Origin: Candidatus Babeliales bacterium
GTDB taxonomy: Bacteria; Babelota; Babeliae; Babelales; JANWKD01
Assembly: GCA_963722075.1 (NCBI GenBank)
Contig: CAVRJM010000001.1
Span: 672,001-736,000, forward strand
Length of the DNA stretch: 64,000 nucleotides
Direction: 5' to 3'
The notes under the pieces were generated by a model. The model saw only the letters and a list, made by a program, of their open reading frames with translations, was not told the origin of the DNA and did not search any database. Below are positions 29,634-39,501 of the stretch, piece by piece; within the stretch, counting starts at the first letter, position 1, and each line of letters opens with the position of its first letter. The position numbers and the translations under genes were made by a program.

Positions 29634-31100
29634 TTACTCGGTCTCTAACTCTGTTTCAGATTCTAAATGATCTTTTTTACGTACAAATGAAAGCGCTTTT
29701 TTATTATCGTACCAATAACACAGTGGTATCGTAATTAACGGAATTAAACCCAGCACATAAAATGCATAATGGAAAATGTGCGCAAGATTTACTCCTACAG
29801 TATCTTGAAGATTTTGGATACCATAATATTGCATGCCAATTGAAACAATCATGGTAGAAAGGGCAACGCCAACGGTGGCTGATAGTTGCTTTCCTAATGC
29901 ATAAATTGCACTACCATCGCTTTTTAGATCTGAAGGAATCTCCGAAAAAATTGCTATTACATTTGGCGTTTGAACAATTGCAGATGAAGCACCTTCTAAG
30001 AAAATAAGAAAGGCGATTAGTAATGATGATGTTTGTGCCGTTACAAAAGTTAGTCCAAACATTGAAATTGCCATTCCTAATAAACCAGGAATAATAAATG
30101 GTAATGGCCCAAGACGATTATAATATCGTGAAACTATTGGCAAAATACAAATCATGCCAGGCGTAATTGCCGAAAGGATCCACCCTACCATAACGATATC
30201 CATATGCAAAGCATCTTGCAGGTATAACCCGGTAATAAACGTTGCACCAAGAAAAATAATATTTGCAGCGCATTGCACTATATTACCGATACTAAAAAGT
30301 TTAAACTTGAAAATTGACAATGAAAGCATAGGATTTTTACAACGCAGTTCGTTATATATAAAAAAGATCCCTGTTAAGAGAGAAATAATAATTAATAAGC
30401 CGAGCGTATAAATACTAACATGCGATTTTCCGATTTCTGAAAGCGCTATAAATAATGTTGATAAACTACCAGTTAATAATATAAATCCAAGCCAATCGAA
30501 TCTGCCTGTCTTTTTATTGGCAAGATATTCTTTTACCCATAGGTAACTCAATAGTAAACATACGAGCGACAACGGAATTTTACTAAAAAATAACCAACGC
30601 CATCCCCACATATTAGTAATATAACCTGCTAATAATGGGCCAACCGCTGGTGCAATAAGCGTTACTAAATTCATCCGTGAAGTAATAGCTGACCATTTAT
30701 ATTTGGGGATACTTTGAATCAATAGAGTCATACCAATAGGTATTAACAATCCGCCAGCAGCCCCTTGTATGATACGAAAAGTAATCAATTGGCTCAATGA
30801 AAAGGCAAATCCACATGCTAATGATGCTATCGAATACAGAACTTGCGAAAATAAAAAAGTTCTTCTCAAGCCATAGACATTGCCTAGCCAACTACTAATT
30901 GGAATTGCTATCGTTAACGCAAGCAGAAATCCAATAATAGTCCATTCTGCATTAGTCGGATCAATATTAAATGCTTGCGCAATATTGGGTAATGCTACGT
31001 TAAGCATCGATGCATCTAAGAGATCTATAAACCACACAATGCTATACAATATTGCAATTTTTATACCATATGAATCGAATTGGCTTTTTTGAGTATTCAT
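29634..31100 (-). CDS. DHA2 (EmrB/QacA) MFS efflux transporter
   Basis: LDASMLNVALPNI, RIIQGAAGG, APAVGPLLAG, WRWLF, FDWLG. Confidence 0.92.
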   Translation of the reverse strand: MNTQKSQFDSYGIKIAILYSIVWFIDLLDASMLNVALPNIAQAFNIDPTNAEWTIIGFLLALTIAIPISSWLGNVYGLRRTFLFSQVLYSIASLACGFAFSLSQLITFRIIQGAAGGLLIPIGMTLLIQSIPKYKWSAITSRMNLVTLIAPAVGPLLAGYITNMWGWRWLFFSKIPLSLVCLLLSYLWVKEYLANKKTGRFDWLGFILLTGSLSTLFIALSEIGKSHVSIYTLGLLIIISLLTGIFFIYNELRCKNPMLSLSIFKFKLFSIGNIVQCAANIIFLGATFITGLYLQDALHMDIVMVGWILSAITPGMICILPIVSRYYNRLGPLPFIIPGLLGMAISMFGLTFVTAQTSSLLIAFLIFLEGASSAIVQTPNVIAIFSEIPSDLKSDGSAIYALGKQLSATVGVALSTMIVSIGMQYYGIQNLQDTVGVNLAHIFHYAFYVLGLIPLITIPLCYWYDNKKALSFVRKKDHLESETELETE

Positions 31101-31109
31101 CTTTTTCCT

Positions 31110-31784
31110 TTATATGAATTTATTTTTTTTTAATGAACTAATAATGTGCTCAAGTGAACCCATAATATGGTTGTTCATAAGTAAGGATGCTGTCTTAAAA
31201 TCTCTTTTTAAAACCGCGTCAGCGAGTTGTTCATGGTCTTTTTGATTATGCTCAAGATTATTTTTAATCATGGTAAATCCCATACGGCAATATCGATCAA
31301 ACCGGCGATAAATATCATGCCTCATTTGAAGGAGCGTTGGGGAATTACAACCGGCAATAAGCGCATAATGAAAAGCATAATTACGCTTAATCCATTCAGT
31401 ACAATCAGCACCGCTTTTTTCTTTTTCAATGAGTGATAATTCATACAAAGCAGCTACAATTGAAGCAGCCCATTTATCATCACCCTGTTCAATTGACTTT
31501 TTTAACGCAAGATTTTCAATATCAGCAAAAGTTTTATAAATATCACGGATATTTTCTTCTGAAATATCAGCAACATAAAATCCTTTATTATGTTGTATCT
31601 CAACCAAACCCAAACCTACTAACCGAGAAAGTGCTTCTCGAATTGGGCTTCCACCAATACCAAATCGTTGTTTTAGCTCCTCAATACGCAGTTTTTGACC
31701 TGGCTTTAAAGCAGTATCGATAATTTCTTGTTCTAACTGATCAAAACAGTGTTCCACTAAATTTGCATTATTCTCATTAAGCAT
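31110..31784 (-). CDS. GntR-family (FCD) transcriptional regulator
   Basis: LKPGQKL...FGIGGSPIREALSRL..GLV HTH; N.AFH..LI and H..L FCD motifs. Confidence 0.92.
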   Translation of the reverse strand: MLNENNANLVEHCFDQLEQEIIDTALKPGQKLRIEELKQRFGIGGSPIREALSRLVGLGLVEIQHNKGFYVADISEENIRDIYKTFADIENLALKKSIEQGDDKWAASIVAALYELSLIEKEKSGADCTEWIKRNYAFHYALIAGCNSPTLLQMRHDIYRRFDRYCRMGFTMIKNNLEHNQKDHEQLADAVLKRDFKTASLLMNNHIMGSLEHIISSLKKNKFI

Positions 31785-31801
31785 TTTAACCCTTTTATAA
31801 A

Positions 31802-31848
31802 ATTGCTATTTTATCGATATTATATAATTTTATCGATAAAATAGCAAT
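31802..31848. promoter_or_regulatory. palindromic operator upstream of GntR operon
   Basis: perfect 18-bp inverted repeat ATTGCTATTTTATCGATA-11 nt-TATCGATAAAATAGCAAT. Confidence 0.7.
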
Positions 31849-31957
31849 ATAATTATTTTTTTGGAAAATTAGGTCTCTAAATAGCCGGTTAAACCTGACT
31901 TTTGGAATATATGTTGTATAAGCTTCCCAATAACCCGACAAGGAATCCAATTTATAA

Positions 31958-32202
31958 CTGGATTCTTACGGCCTAAAAGGCCTCAGAATGACGAAAGGAG
32001 CTATGCATGTCATCCTGAACGAAGTGTAAGGATCCAGCAAATAAATCAAAACATTTTTCTCCGAACCTGGATTGCTTCGATCCGTCTTCGTTAATCCGGC
32101 CGTCGCTAAAAGCTATGGCGGAGTAAACAACTACGCCGGACAGGCATGCTTCTTGACGGAATCCGGCGAAGCCTTGGCGAAGTCGGACGCATTCGCAACG
32201 AC
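31958..32202. repeat. REP doublet (31958-31992, 32009-32037) plus composite nested REP (32067-32202)
   Basis: simple units plus CTGGATTGCTTCGA[107-bp cargo 32081-32187]...TCGCAACGAC. Confidence 0.88.
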
Positions 32203-32323
32203 GTACATTAATAATTTTATACCATTTGAGCAAGATTTTTTGCTTAAATACTTATTATTTGGAACATCTGCCCGTCATCATCCCGGAGAAACAATGCAAG
32301 GTTATTGTTAAATGAGAAACTAA

Positions 32324-32746
32324 TTATGCTGAAACATCATGAAATTTTTGACCCATAAAGATAATAATGCGGGATATCTTTTTAAGTGGGCGGATGGATA
32401 TAGAGCAATATTTATTTGGCTTTTCGAAGTTTAAGAGAGATTCAGAACCCTTAAATGCATTGGTTTGCCACCAACCAAGCCGCTCCATTTCTTCTTGATA
32501 AAAGTTAGTTGCATGTTGATAATCAATCGGAACTTCATAGGTAATTAAAGAGCTCTCATCAACACAAGCACTATTATTAATATTTTGTACCAGTTGCGCA
32601 TTCATAAGGACCGGTACATCATATAATTTTGCTTCTAAATGCTTACTTTGCCAGCGCTCAGAAAGAAGATCCTGATTATTTCGTTTACATGAGGAAAAAA
32701 AAGCCAGGAATATAAAAAGCCCTGGCCACCATATTTTATTCAGCAT
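32324..32746 (-). CDS. hypothetical lipoprotein
   Basis: lipobox-like FLAFFSS-C; start overlaps rplS stop. Confidence 0.7.
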   Translation of the reverse strand: MLNKIWWPGLFIFLAFFSSCKRNNQDLLSERWQSKHLEAKLYDVPVLMNAQLVQNINNSACVDESSLITYEVPIDYQHATNFYQEEMERLGWWQTNAFKGSESLLNFEKPNKYCSISIRPLKKISRIIIFMGQKFHDVSA

Positions 32747-33168
32747 TACTCAGCGATCATTTCTGTTTCACCAGGAACATTAGGAATAAAGTTGCTCTCT
32801 TGGGATATTGCTTTCTTAGGCTGTACACGTGCTGCTTTACCTATACGTTTTCTCATATAGTATAATTTTGCGCGTCTTACCTTGCCGGAACGAACAAACT
32901 TAATAGAAGCTATTAAGGGAGAGAAATAGGGGAAAATCTTTTCAACTGATACTGAATTTGCCCCAATACGGCGCACGGTAAAGGTTGTTGAAATACCACT
33001 ATTATTAAAGGCTATTACATCCCCTTCAAAATCTTGTAAGCGTTCTTTTTCGCCTTCTTTGATCTTTTGGGAAATAATAATAGTATCACCGATGGTAAAT
33101 GCGGGGAACTTACGGTCGATCATATCAACATTTTTAATGGTTTCTTTAGTATATTTTTTAGCCTTCAT
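32746..33168 (-). CDS. rplS: 50S ribosomal protein L19
   Basis: F..GDT....KIKEGEKERLQDFEG.VI, TFTVRR, GKVRRAKLYY. Confidence 0.97.
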   Translation of the reverse strand: MKAKKYTKETIKNVDMIDRKFPAFTIGDTIIISQKIKEGEKERLQDFEGDVIAFNNSGISTTFTVRRIGANSVSVEKIFPYFSPLIASIKFVRSGKVRRAKLYYMRKRIGKAARVQPKKAISQESNFIPNVPGETEMIAE

Positions 33169-33334
33169 GGGGATTAATCCTTTGAATTATCTAGAAAAAA
33201 GCTCTTTAAAATTAGAAATATATATACTAGTATAGGGAAAAATTGCAATTATGCCAATATGGAGTCTTTATAAAAGAATCATTAAATTATTTCCTAATTG
33301 AATTTTTATATTAGAAATCCCAAGGGAGTCACTT

Positions 33335-34174
33335 ATGAAAGCCACCTATTTATTAATTTTGGTGTTTAATATATCAATGCTGACCGCAATGGAAAATGGT
33401 CATCATCAAAGCACGTATGTTGCAAATGATTTTTACTTTCATAAGAAATATAAGCTGCACCAAAATACCGATTTTTTTACCGTAGTTATAAACATTTTAA
33501 AAAGAAGAATAAAAAACTTTACCCAAAAGAAATTATGCAACGAATTTACTATTATTTCACAACATTCATTAGAAACAGTCCCCTCTATATCATTTACCAT
33601 AGAAGATATTAAAGAGGACCCGAAGAAAAAGCATCAGCGATTGATCATTGATATGCGTAATTATAACAAGGCAATTATTACTCCCTATTTGGCAGAACTT
33701 GAACAACTTAGGCATAAAAATAAATTGCTCGTAGAAATGGCACAAAGGGCTGAAAAACAGGGAGAAGAACTTACACAAGAATGGAAAAGTAGAATAAGTA
33801 AACTTGAACACATAGTGCTATTACAAAATGAGGCTGCAGGAAAAGACACAGAACTACTCAGTAAAGAATGGCAAAGAAGGTTAAACGAACTTAATGAAAA
33901 TCATAAAAAAGAACTTGTAGAATTCCAACAACAACATGATGATGAAATTATAAAATTAAATAAGCTTGTTAATTCTTATATGCATTCCGCTAAATCACCC
34001 GACACAACTCTTCAAATTGCTCAACCAATAAAAAGCAGTTTTCATCCTGCTCCAATTCAAAGTAACTTCTTCCAAAAACATCCTTACATAACTCCCTTAA
34101 CAACCTTATGCTTAGGCATCGCTGGTACGTTTGTATGGATGAAATATGCAGATCATTTAAAGAGCTTTTTATAA
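33335..34174 (+). CDS. secreted coiled-coil protein with C-terminal TM
   Basis: signal ending LTA-ME; heptad region; C-terminal hydrophobic helix. Confidence 0.75.
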   Translation: MKATYLLILVFNISMLTAMENGHHQSTYVANDFYFHKKYKLHQNTDFFTVVINILKRRIKNFTQKKLCNEFTIISQHSLETVPSISFTIEDIKEDPKKKHQRLIIDMRNYNKAIITPYLAELEQLRHKNKLLVEMAQRAEKQGEELTQEWKSRISKLEHIVLLQNEAAGKDTELLSKEWQRRLNELNENHKKELVEFQQQHDDEIIKLNKLVNSYMHSAKSPDTTLQIAQPIKSSFHPAPIQSNFFQKHPYITPLTTLCLGIAGTFVWMKYADHLKSFL

Positions 34175-35145
34175 TACCCAAAGCCTTCTTTTTCTGGATC
34201 TTCAACGGGAATAAACCGCATTGCGGCGGAATTCATACAATAACGCAATCCCGTTGGCGCCGGGCCATCATTAAATACATGTCCTAAATGAGAATCACCT
34301 TTTTTACTGCGTACCTCAGTTCGCGGAGAAATTCCGGTCGTATCTTCCTTTTGAATAATATTCTTTGGTTCAATTGGTTGAGTAAAACTTGGCCACCCAG
34401 TACCCGAATCATATTTATCTAAAGAACTAAAAAGTGGTTCACCAGTAACAACGTCAACATATATGCCCGGTCTTTTATTATCCCAGTATTCATTATCAAA
34501 TGGCTTTTCAGTTTGATCTAATTGCGTAACTTCGTATTGCAGTGGTGTTAACTTCTTTTGCAATTCTTGTTCAGAAGATGATGTCGGTTGCTTTTCAATC
34601 TTATTTGCCCATGCTTGGCTAATAAAACTATCACGCCCAGAATTGGATCGATATAATGAATAGCCCTGAGGATTTTTTTTATAATAATCTTGGTGATATT
34701 CTTCGGCCTTATAAAATGGGGATTCTTTGAGAATTTCAGTAACAATCGGTTTTTTAAATCTACCTGATTGTTGTAATTCTTGTTTTGATTTTTCAGCGAG
34801 TTCCTTTTGATGCTCATCATGATAAAAAATAGCTGATCTATAGTGTGGCCCTCGATCAACAAATTGCCCGCCAGAATCAGTGGGATCAATCTGCTGCCAA
34901 AAAGTATCAAGTAATTTTTCATATGAGATTATGGATGGGTCATAAATAATTTGATTGGCCTCAATATGACCCTTTTGAGCATAATCATTGTAGGTGGGAT
35001 TTTCTCCGGTGCCACCCGTATAACCAGCAACCACACTCACCACACCGTTTAATTTTTCAAACGGTGATTGCATACACCAAAAACAACCACCAGCAAACGT
35101 AGCTTTTTCAAGCTTTTTATTAGTATCCGTTGTATTAGCTACCAT
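34153..35145 (-). CDS. msrAB: bifunctional methionine sulfoxide reductase MsrA/MsrB
   Basis: [42 protein letters not shown]. Confidence 0.96.
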   Translation of the reverse strand: MVANTTDTNKKLEKATFAGGCFWCMQSPFEKLNGVVSVVAGYTGGTGENPTYNDYAQKGHIEANQIIYDPSIISYEKLLDTFWQQIDPTDSGGQFVDRGPHYRSAIFYHDEHQKELAEKSKQELQQSGRFKKPIVTEILKESPFYKAEEYHQDYYKKNPQGYSLYRSNSGRDSFISQAWANKIEKQPTSSSEQELQKKLTPLQYEVTQLDQTEKPFDNEYWDNKRPGIYVDVVTGEPLFSSLDKYDSGTGWPSFTQPIEPKNIIQKEDTTGISPRTEVRSKKGDSHLGHVFNDGPAPTGLRYCMNSAAMRFIPVEDPEKEGFGYYKKLFK

Positions 35146-35456
35146 CGTATCACCTCTCTACAAAACTAAAAACGGGCGAATAGAAATTTGAATATTAGTT
35201 ATTGAGTACAATACAAAATTGTATACGGTCATTGCAATTAAGAAATATATAAAATCATACTGTTACTCGATTTAAATAAAGGCTTTGATATAATTTAAGT
35301 AAAATTCTATAAATTGGGGTAACGGGAGCATCCTTAGATGCTCAATTAATTAAATTGATTATCTGCAATTATATTTATTTCTTACGCATATTTCTTAACC
35401 GTATGCTTGGAAAAAACTAATATCTATTTTTTAACCACTATTTTTTGAGGAATTCA

Positions 35457-37325
35457 ATGAATTACAATTATAATTATAATGTTGTTCGTTTTTGCTTTTT
35501 TATATTATTACTTTTTCATCATGCATGCTCAAGCTGTGAGGCATCCGATCGTTGTCATTCGGGTTTAAGCACATCGGTTATAACAAAAAATGAAGAGCGG
35601 GATTTGGAGCTTTTTGACTCTCTTAACCAGTCTCATCAAGGCATTTTTTCGGTTTTTGATAAAACCTACACTGCATCAGGTAAATTACGCTTGATGTATC
35701 ATTTAAAAAACCCAACAACTGATGTTTCACTTCTTAAATTACGGCAAGAGCAGATTAAGTTTTTACTTGAAAATCCTACATTACTTGAAGAAATAAAAGG
35801 ACTGCTTGCACGCATTAAAGCTGCTGAACCCGATCTATTATATTTTATTAATAACCAAGAAGATCCGGTTGCGCATACTATTATTGATACCTTCTACTTC
35901 AAGAATACCCTGTTAAAAGATTTAAATGAAAGTAGTATTGCTCTTGATGTACGTAACTACCTAAAGCAGCTTGGCTTATTTAGCCCGGTAATTGAGCATC
36001 TCGTGTTTCATTTTGCTCTTTCCTTTATTCAGGAAAAATTAACGCAGAATCCTACTGAGCATCACCACCATCATCACGATCATGAGGCTCATCATGATCA
36101 CGCCCATAGCAATTGCTCTCATTATTGCGTAAGTAGTCTTAAAGCACCCGCTGATTCTTCAACTTTTGTTAAAGGTGCTTTTACTGCATTAAAAGCTGCT
36201 CACTTTGGCATGCACTTACTGGGTATCAAGGAAATGATTCAGCAAATGGGCGCAGAATTAGCTGTCGTAAATCAACTGTATAAAAAAGTTGCCTCGGTAA
36301 AAGAAGGTCTCCATGCAATTATTACGTTACATAATCGTATGCAAGAGAGTAATTATGTATACAATTCCTTCGCCTCTCAGCTGGTAGATAGTGATACTCT
36401 TAACATTGAATCAAATATAAAATTTTTTGCTCCGCTTCTTGATAGTACCTATTTTGACAGCAACAGCTCACTAGGATATTTCTCTCCTATTGGTAACACC
36501 GTATACAACTATCAGCTACTCAAGAATAATGCGAGTTTATTGCAATCTTTTATGGCAGCTGTAGCAGATATAGATGCACTGGTTTCTATTGTCGAATGGT
36601 GTAAAGAACAGACAACTAAAAAAGCGCCTGTTTGTTTTGTAGATTTTGTTACTGGGGTTTGTACACCGGTTATTGTACTAGAAGGCATGCGGCATGTGGG
36701 GCTTTCTCCAGACGATGCAGTTATGAATGATATTGAATTGAGTGCTGATAAAGGGGCTTATAAGTTTATTATCACCGGTCCGAATAAGTCAGGTAAATCG
36801 ACCATTATAAAAGCAGTAGGTCTCAATATTATTCTTGCACAAACTTTTGGTATTGCCGCGGCACATAATGCAAAAATTACCGTGTTTCGTAAATTATTAA
36901 CGTACATCACCATAACTGATGATATAGTACAAGATCGTTCACTGTTTGTGGCTGAATTATTACGTGCAGAAGAATGCATCCAGGCATTACAATCATTACC
37001 AACAGATGAGCTTGCGTGTATATTACTTGACGATTCATTATTTAAAGGTACCAGCCTTGAGAAATCGCAGGATATAGCACTTCGTTTTTTAATTAAGATA
37101 GGTAGTTATTCTAATAGTTGTGCTCTCATTGCTACTCACTGTGCTGCATTGACACAATTGGAGGAAGAAAACCCTACTATTTTTAAGAATTATCGCATTA
37201 AGATAGGCGCTGATGCACAGGGTAACGCCGAAAGTCTATTTATATTAGAAGAAGGGATTGCTAATCAAGCAGCTGTTTTTGATGTTATTAAAGGACAGCG
37301 CACGGCTTCTTTTTTAGATAACTAA
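35457..37325 (+). CDS. MutS-related (domain III/V) ATPase with signal-like N-terminus and His-rich insert
   Basis: TYTASGKLRL...P, ITGPNKSGKST, LAQTFG, SLFVAE, IATH. Confidence 0.8.
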   Translation: MNYNYNYNVVRFCFFILLLFHHACSSCEASDRCHSGLSTSVITKNEERDLELFDSLNQSHQGIFSVFDKTYTASGKLRLMYHLKNPTTDVSLLKLRQEQIKFLLENPTLLEEIKGLLARIKAAEPDLLYFINNQEDPVAHTIIDTFYFKNTLLKDLNESSIALDVRNYLKQLGLFSPVIEHLVFHFALSFIQEKLTQNPTEHHHHHHDHEAHHDHAHSNCSHYCVSSLKAPADSSTFVKGAFTALKAAHFGMHLLGIKEMIQQMGAELAVVNQLYKKVASVKEGLHAIITLHNRMQESNYVYNSFASQLVDSDTLNIESNIKFFAPLLDSTYFDSNSSLGYFSPIGNTVYNYQLLKNNASLLQSFMAAVADIDALVSIVEWCKEQTTKKAPVCFVDFVTGVCTPVIVLEGMRHVGLSPDDAVMNDIELSADKGAYKFIITGPNKSGKSTIIKAVGLNIILAQTFGIAAAHNAKITVFRKLLTYITITDDIVQDRSLFVAELLRAEECIQALQSLPTDELACILLDDSLFKGTSLEKSQDIALRFLIKIGSYSNSCALIATHCAALTQLEEENPTIFKNYRIKIGADAQGNAESLFILEEGIANQAAVFDVIKGQRTASFLDN

Positions 37326-37380
37326 ATATATAAATGAATGACATGAAGCAAAAAATACTTTTGCCTGTTTTTTTGCTTCA

Positions 37381-38691
37381 TCAGAGGTCCATTTTGGATA
37401 TATTGATTCCCAGCCAACGGTCAAAAATGATGGCCGCTGCTGAACGTACCGATAAATGATTAAAGGAAGAGAACCCTTCAATAGGAAGAAATAAATAATC
37501 ACATCTTTCTATTACTGATGGTGCTAAACCACGTCCTGTACCAAATATAAATAGCACCGGGCGTTTTTCATGCCACACCTTAGATTGATCATAATAAGTA
37601 ATAGAAGGAGCACCCTGCTCATTAGTATGTGCTGAAGTTGCTATGATAATTGGCTTTTTATCTTCTTTTTGCTCGATAGTCTTAATAGCCTCATCTAACG
37701 ATGAAACTACGTGCACGGCATTCACTGCTTGATGGCGATGGGGATTATAATCGATGCCCACGCCTGTTTTCCAAAATTCAAGAAGTCGATTAACAATTTT
37801 TTGTTGGTCTATTAAAGGCGTAACAATAAAATATTCTTTAATGCCATACGTTTTTGCCGAACGTGCAATATCATGAATATCTAAGGAAGTTACTGAGGTT
37901 GTTCCTTTTTGATCATGCGGCAAAAGAATCTCATCATGCATTAATACACAATAATGTGGGGGAATATATGCTTGAGCAATCGATCGTTGCTTTGCTGATG
38001 TTGGATACGAGCGTAACCATTCAAAATGATGTAACACGGTTTTTTGAGCTGCCTGTTCCTGCCGCCACTGTTCAATTTTTTCATGATTACCTGAGCGAAC
38101 TATCTCAGGCACTTGATGCCCCTTCCAGACTACCGGTGCTGTGTATTCAGGATAATCAACAAAGGGTCCTGAAAATGATTCTCGTTCAATAGATTCTTTT
38201 TTTCCTACCACCTCTGGCAATAATCGTACCATTCCTTCTAACAGCACCATGGCTGCCAAATCGCCTGCCATAATAACAAAATCACCCAGAGAAACGGTAA
38301 GATCTTCATACTCCAATTCAACACGTGCATCCATCCCTTCATAGCGGGCCGGAAACAGCATAAGATGATTCGTTTCTTGTGCTTTTTTTGTTATATACGC
38401 TAAAAGTGGTTGATTAAGTTTTTTGCCTTGAGGCGAAAAAAAAACTCTAAACCCACGCCCATACTTGCTCTCCTGGTTGGTAACAAATTGCTCAACAAGA
38501 TCCGGGCGCAAAAGCATTCCTGGGCCGGGGCCAAACGTGGGGGAATCAATACGTTCTTTAGGTTGTACTAAAGAAAAATAAGAAATAATATCATAATGAA
38601 CTAACGATTTTTCTTGAGAACGACCCATAAGACTCGTTTTTAAAAAAACATCATATAGATCAGGAAAAACCGTAATAAGAGAAATATTCAC
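37381..38691 (-). CDS. trmD: tRNA m1G37 methyltransferase TrmD fused to a second SPOUT (DUF2168-like) domain
   Basis: ITVFPD, FGPGPGML, SPQG, RYEGMD.R, SGNH; then LDIHDIARSAKTYG and FNHLSVRSAAAII.DR. Confidence 0.92.
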   Translation of the reverse strand: MNISLITVFPDLYDVFLKTSLMGRSQEKSLVHYDIISYFSLVQPKERIDSPTFGPGPGMLLRPDLVEQFVTNQESKYGRGFRVFFSPQGKKLNQPLLAYITKKAQETNHLMLFPARYEGMDARVELEYEDLTVSLGDFVIMAGDLAAMVLLEGMVRLLPEVVGKKESIERESFSGPFVDYPEYTAPVVWKGHQVPEIVRSGNHEKIEQWRQEQAAQKTVLHHFEWLRSYPTSAKQRSIAQAYIPPHYCVLMHDEILLPHDQKGTTSVTSLDIHDIARSAKTYGIKEYFIVTPLIDQQKIVNRLLEFWKTGVGIDYNPHRHQAVNAVHVVSSLDEAIKTIEQKEDKKPIIIATSAHTNEQGAPSITYYDQSKVWHEKRPVLFIFGTGRGLAPSVIERCDYLFLPIEGFSSFNHLSVRSAAAIIFDRWLGINISKMDL

Positions 38692-38924
38692 TGAGTACTA
38701 TCTAAATTAATTTCAATATTGTCGCGGCTATCTATACTATTAACTAAAGCACGAATTGCTCGTACTACACGCCCTTCTTTACCGATAATTCGCTTAAGAT
38801 CAGGATGGGCTACTCGTACTTCTATAATAGTCTTAGGACCTGAATCAGGTTTTTCTCTTACAAGAACTAGCTGTGGGTTATCTACCAACTGCTTTACAAT
38901 ATATTCAACAAGATCGGTTACCAT
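38688..38924 (-). CDS. khpA: KH-domain RNA-binding protein
   Basis: LVEYIVKQLVDNP...DLKRIIGKEGR..AIR; position after rpsP. Confidence 0.88.
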   Translation of the reverse strand: MVTDLVEYIVKQLVDNPQLVLVREKPDSGPKTIIEVRVAHPDLKRIIGKEGRVVRAIRALVNSIDSRDNIEINLDSTQ

Positions 38925-38935
38925 TCTATCCTATA

Positions 38936-39190
38936 TTATGCCGCAGCTGTCTTTTGCTTATTATATTTTTTTTGTAATTTAGAAACTGATTCAGTTGGAA
39001 TAGCACCTTTAGAAATCCAATCATTGATTCGCTCTTGATGGAATTGGATAATTTCACCCGTAAGCGGGTTATACGTACCAAGATCCTCAATAAACATCCC
39101 ATCCCTTTTTCTGCGAGAATCGATCGCTACAATTCTATAAAATGGGGCCTTTTTTTTGCCAATGCGCGATAGACGTATCTTAACGGCCAT
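38936..39190 (-). CDS. rpsP: 30S ribosomal protein S16
   Basis: VKIRL.R.GKKK.PFYRIVA.DSR..RDG..IE.LG.YNP. Confidence 0.98.
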   Translation of the reverse strand: MAVKIRLSRIGKKKAPFYRIVAIDSRRKRDGMFIEDLGTYNPLTGEIIQFHQERINDWISKGAIPTESVSKLQKKYNKQKTAAA

Positions 39191-39285
39191 CAATAATTCC
39201 TTTCAATAAGTGTACTATTTAGATAAGGTAAATATACCATAAATACTCTTTTTTTCAAATGTTAACCAAAATGAGGTATTAATTA

Positions 39286-39467
39286 ATGGATTCCCATCCG
39301 TCTACGTTAATCCAGCCGTCACTAAAAGCTATGGCGGAGTAAATAACTACGCCGGACAGGCATGCTGTTAACGGAATCCGGCGAAGCCATAGGCGAAGTC
39401 GGACGCGTTCGGAATGACAATCAGAACGACAATTGTCATGGCGAATTTGCGCTGAGCTTCCATTAAT
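39286..39467. repeat. composite nested REP (39286-39418) with degenerate inverted partner (39435-39467)
   Basis: ATGGATTCCCA[cargo 39297-39403]...TTCGGAATGAC. Confidence 0.88.
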
Positions 39468-39501
39468 AAAATCATTCATCTTGATATATTTTCTATTTGA
39501 A

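Noticed and set aside
32081..32187. 107-bp cargo as tRNA, SRP RNA or riboswitch (one copy lies next to ffh)
   Set aside because: No cloverleaf/TTC loop or SRP GGAA-loop motif recognised; it occurs three times in unrelated contexts and decomposes into repeat modules. An Rfam scan was not possible.
31973..32311. ORFs 31973-32233 and 32072-32311 (also 39279-39527, 48695-48877, 20460-20642, 3704-3922)
   Set aside because: They are wholly or partly translations of the GC-rich REP/cargo repeats; their mutual similarity reflects the DNA repeat, and no convincing RBS was seen.
35327..35344. GAGCATC-ctta-GATGCTC hairpin between msrAB and the MutS-like gene
   Set aside because: Single 7-bp stem, no U-tract and no second copy; could be an operator but is unsupported.
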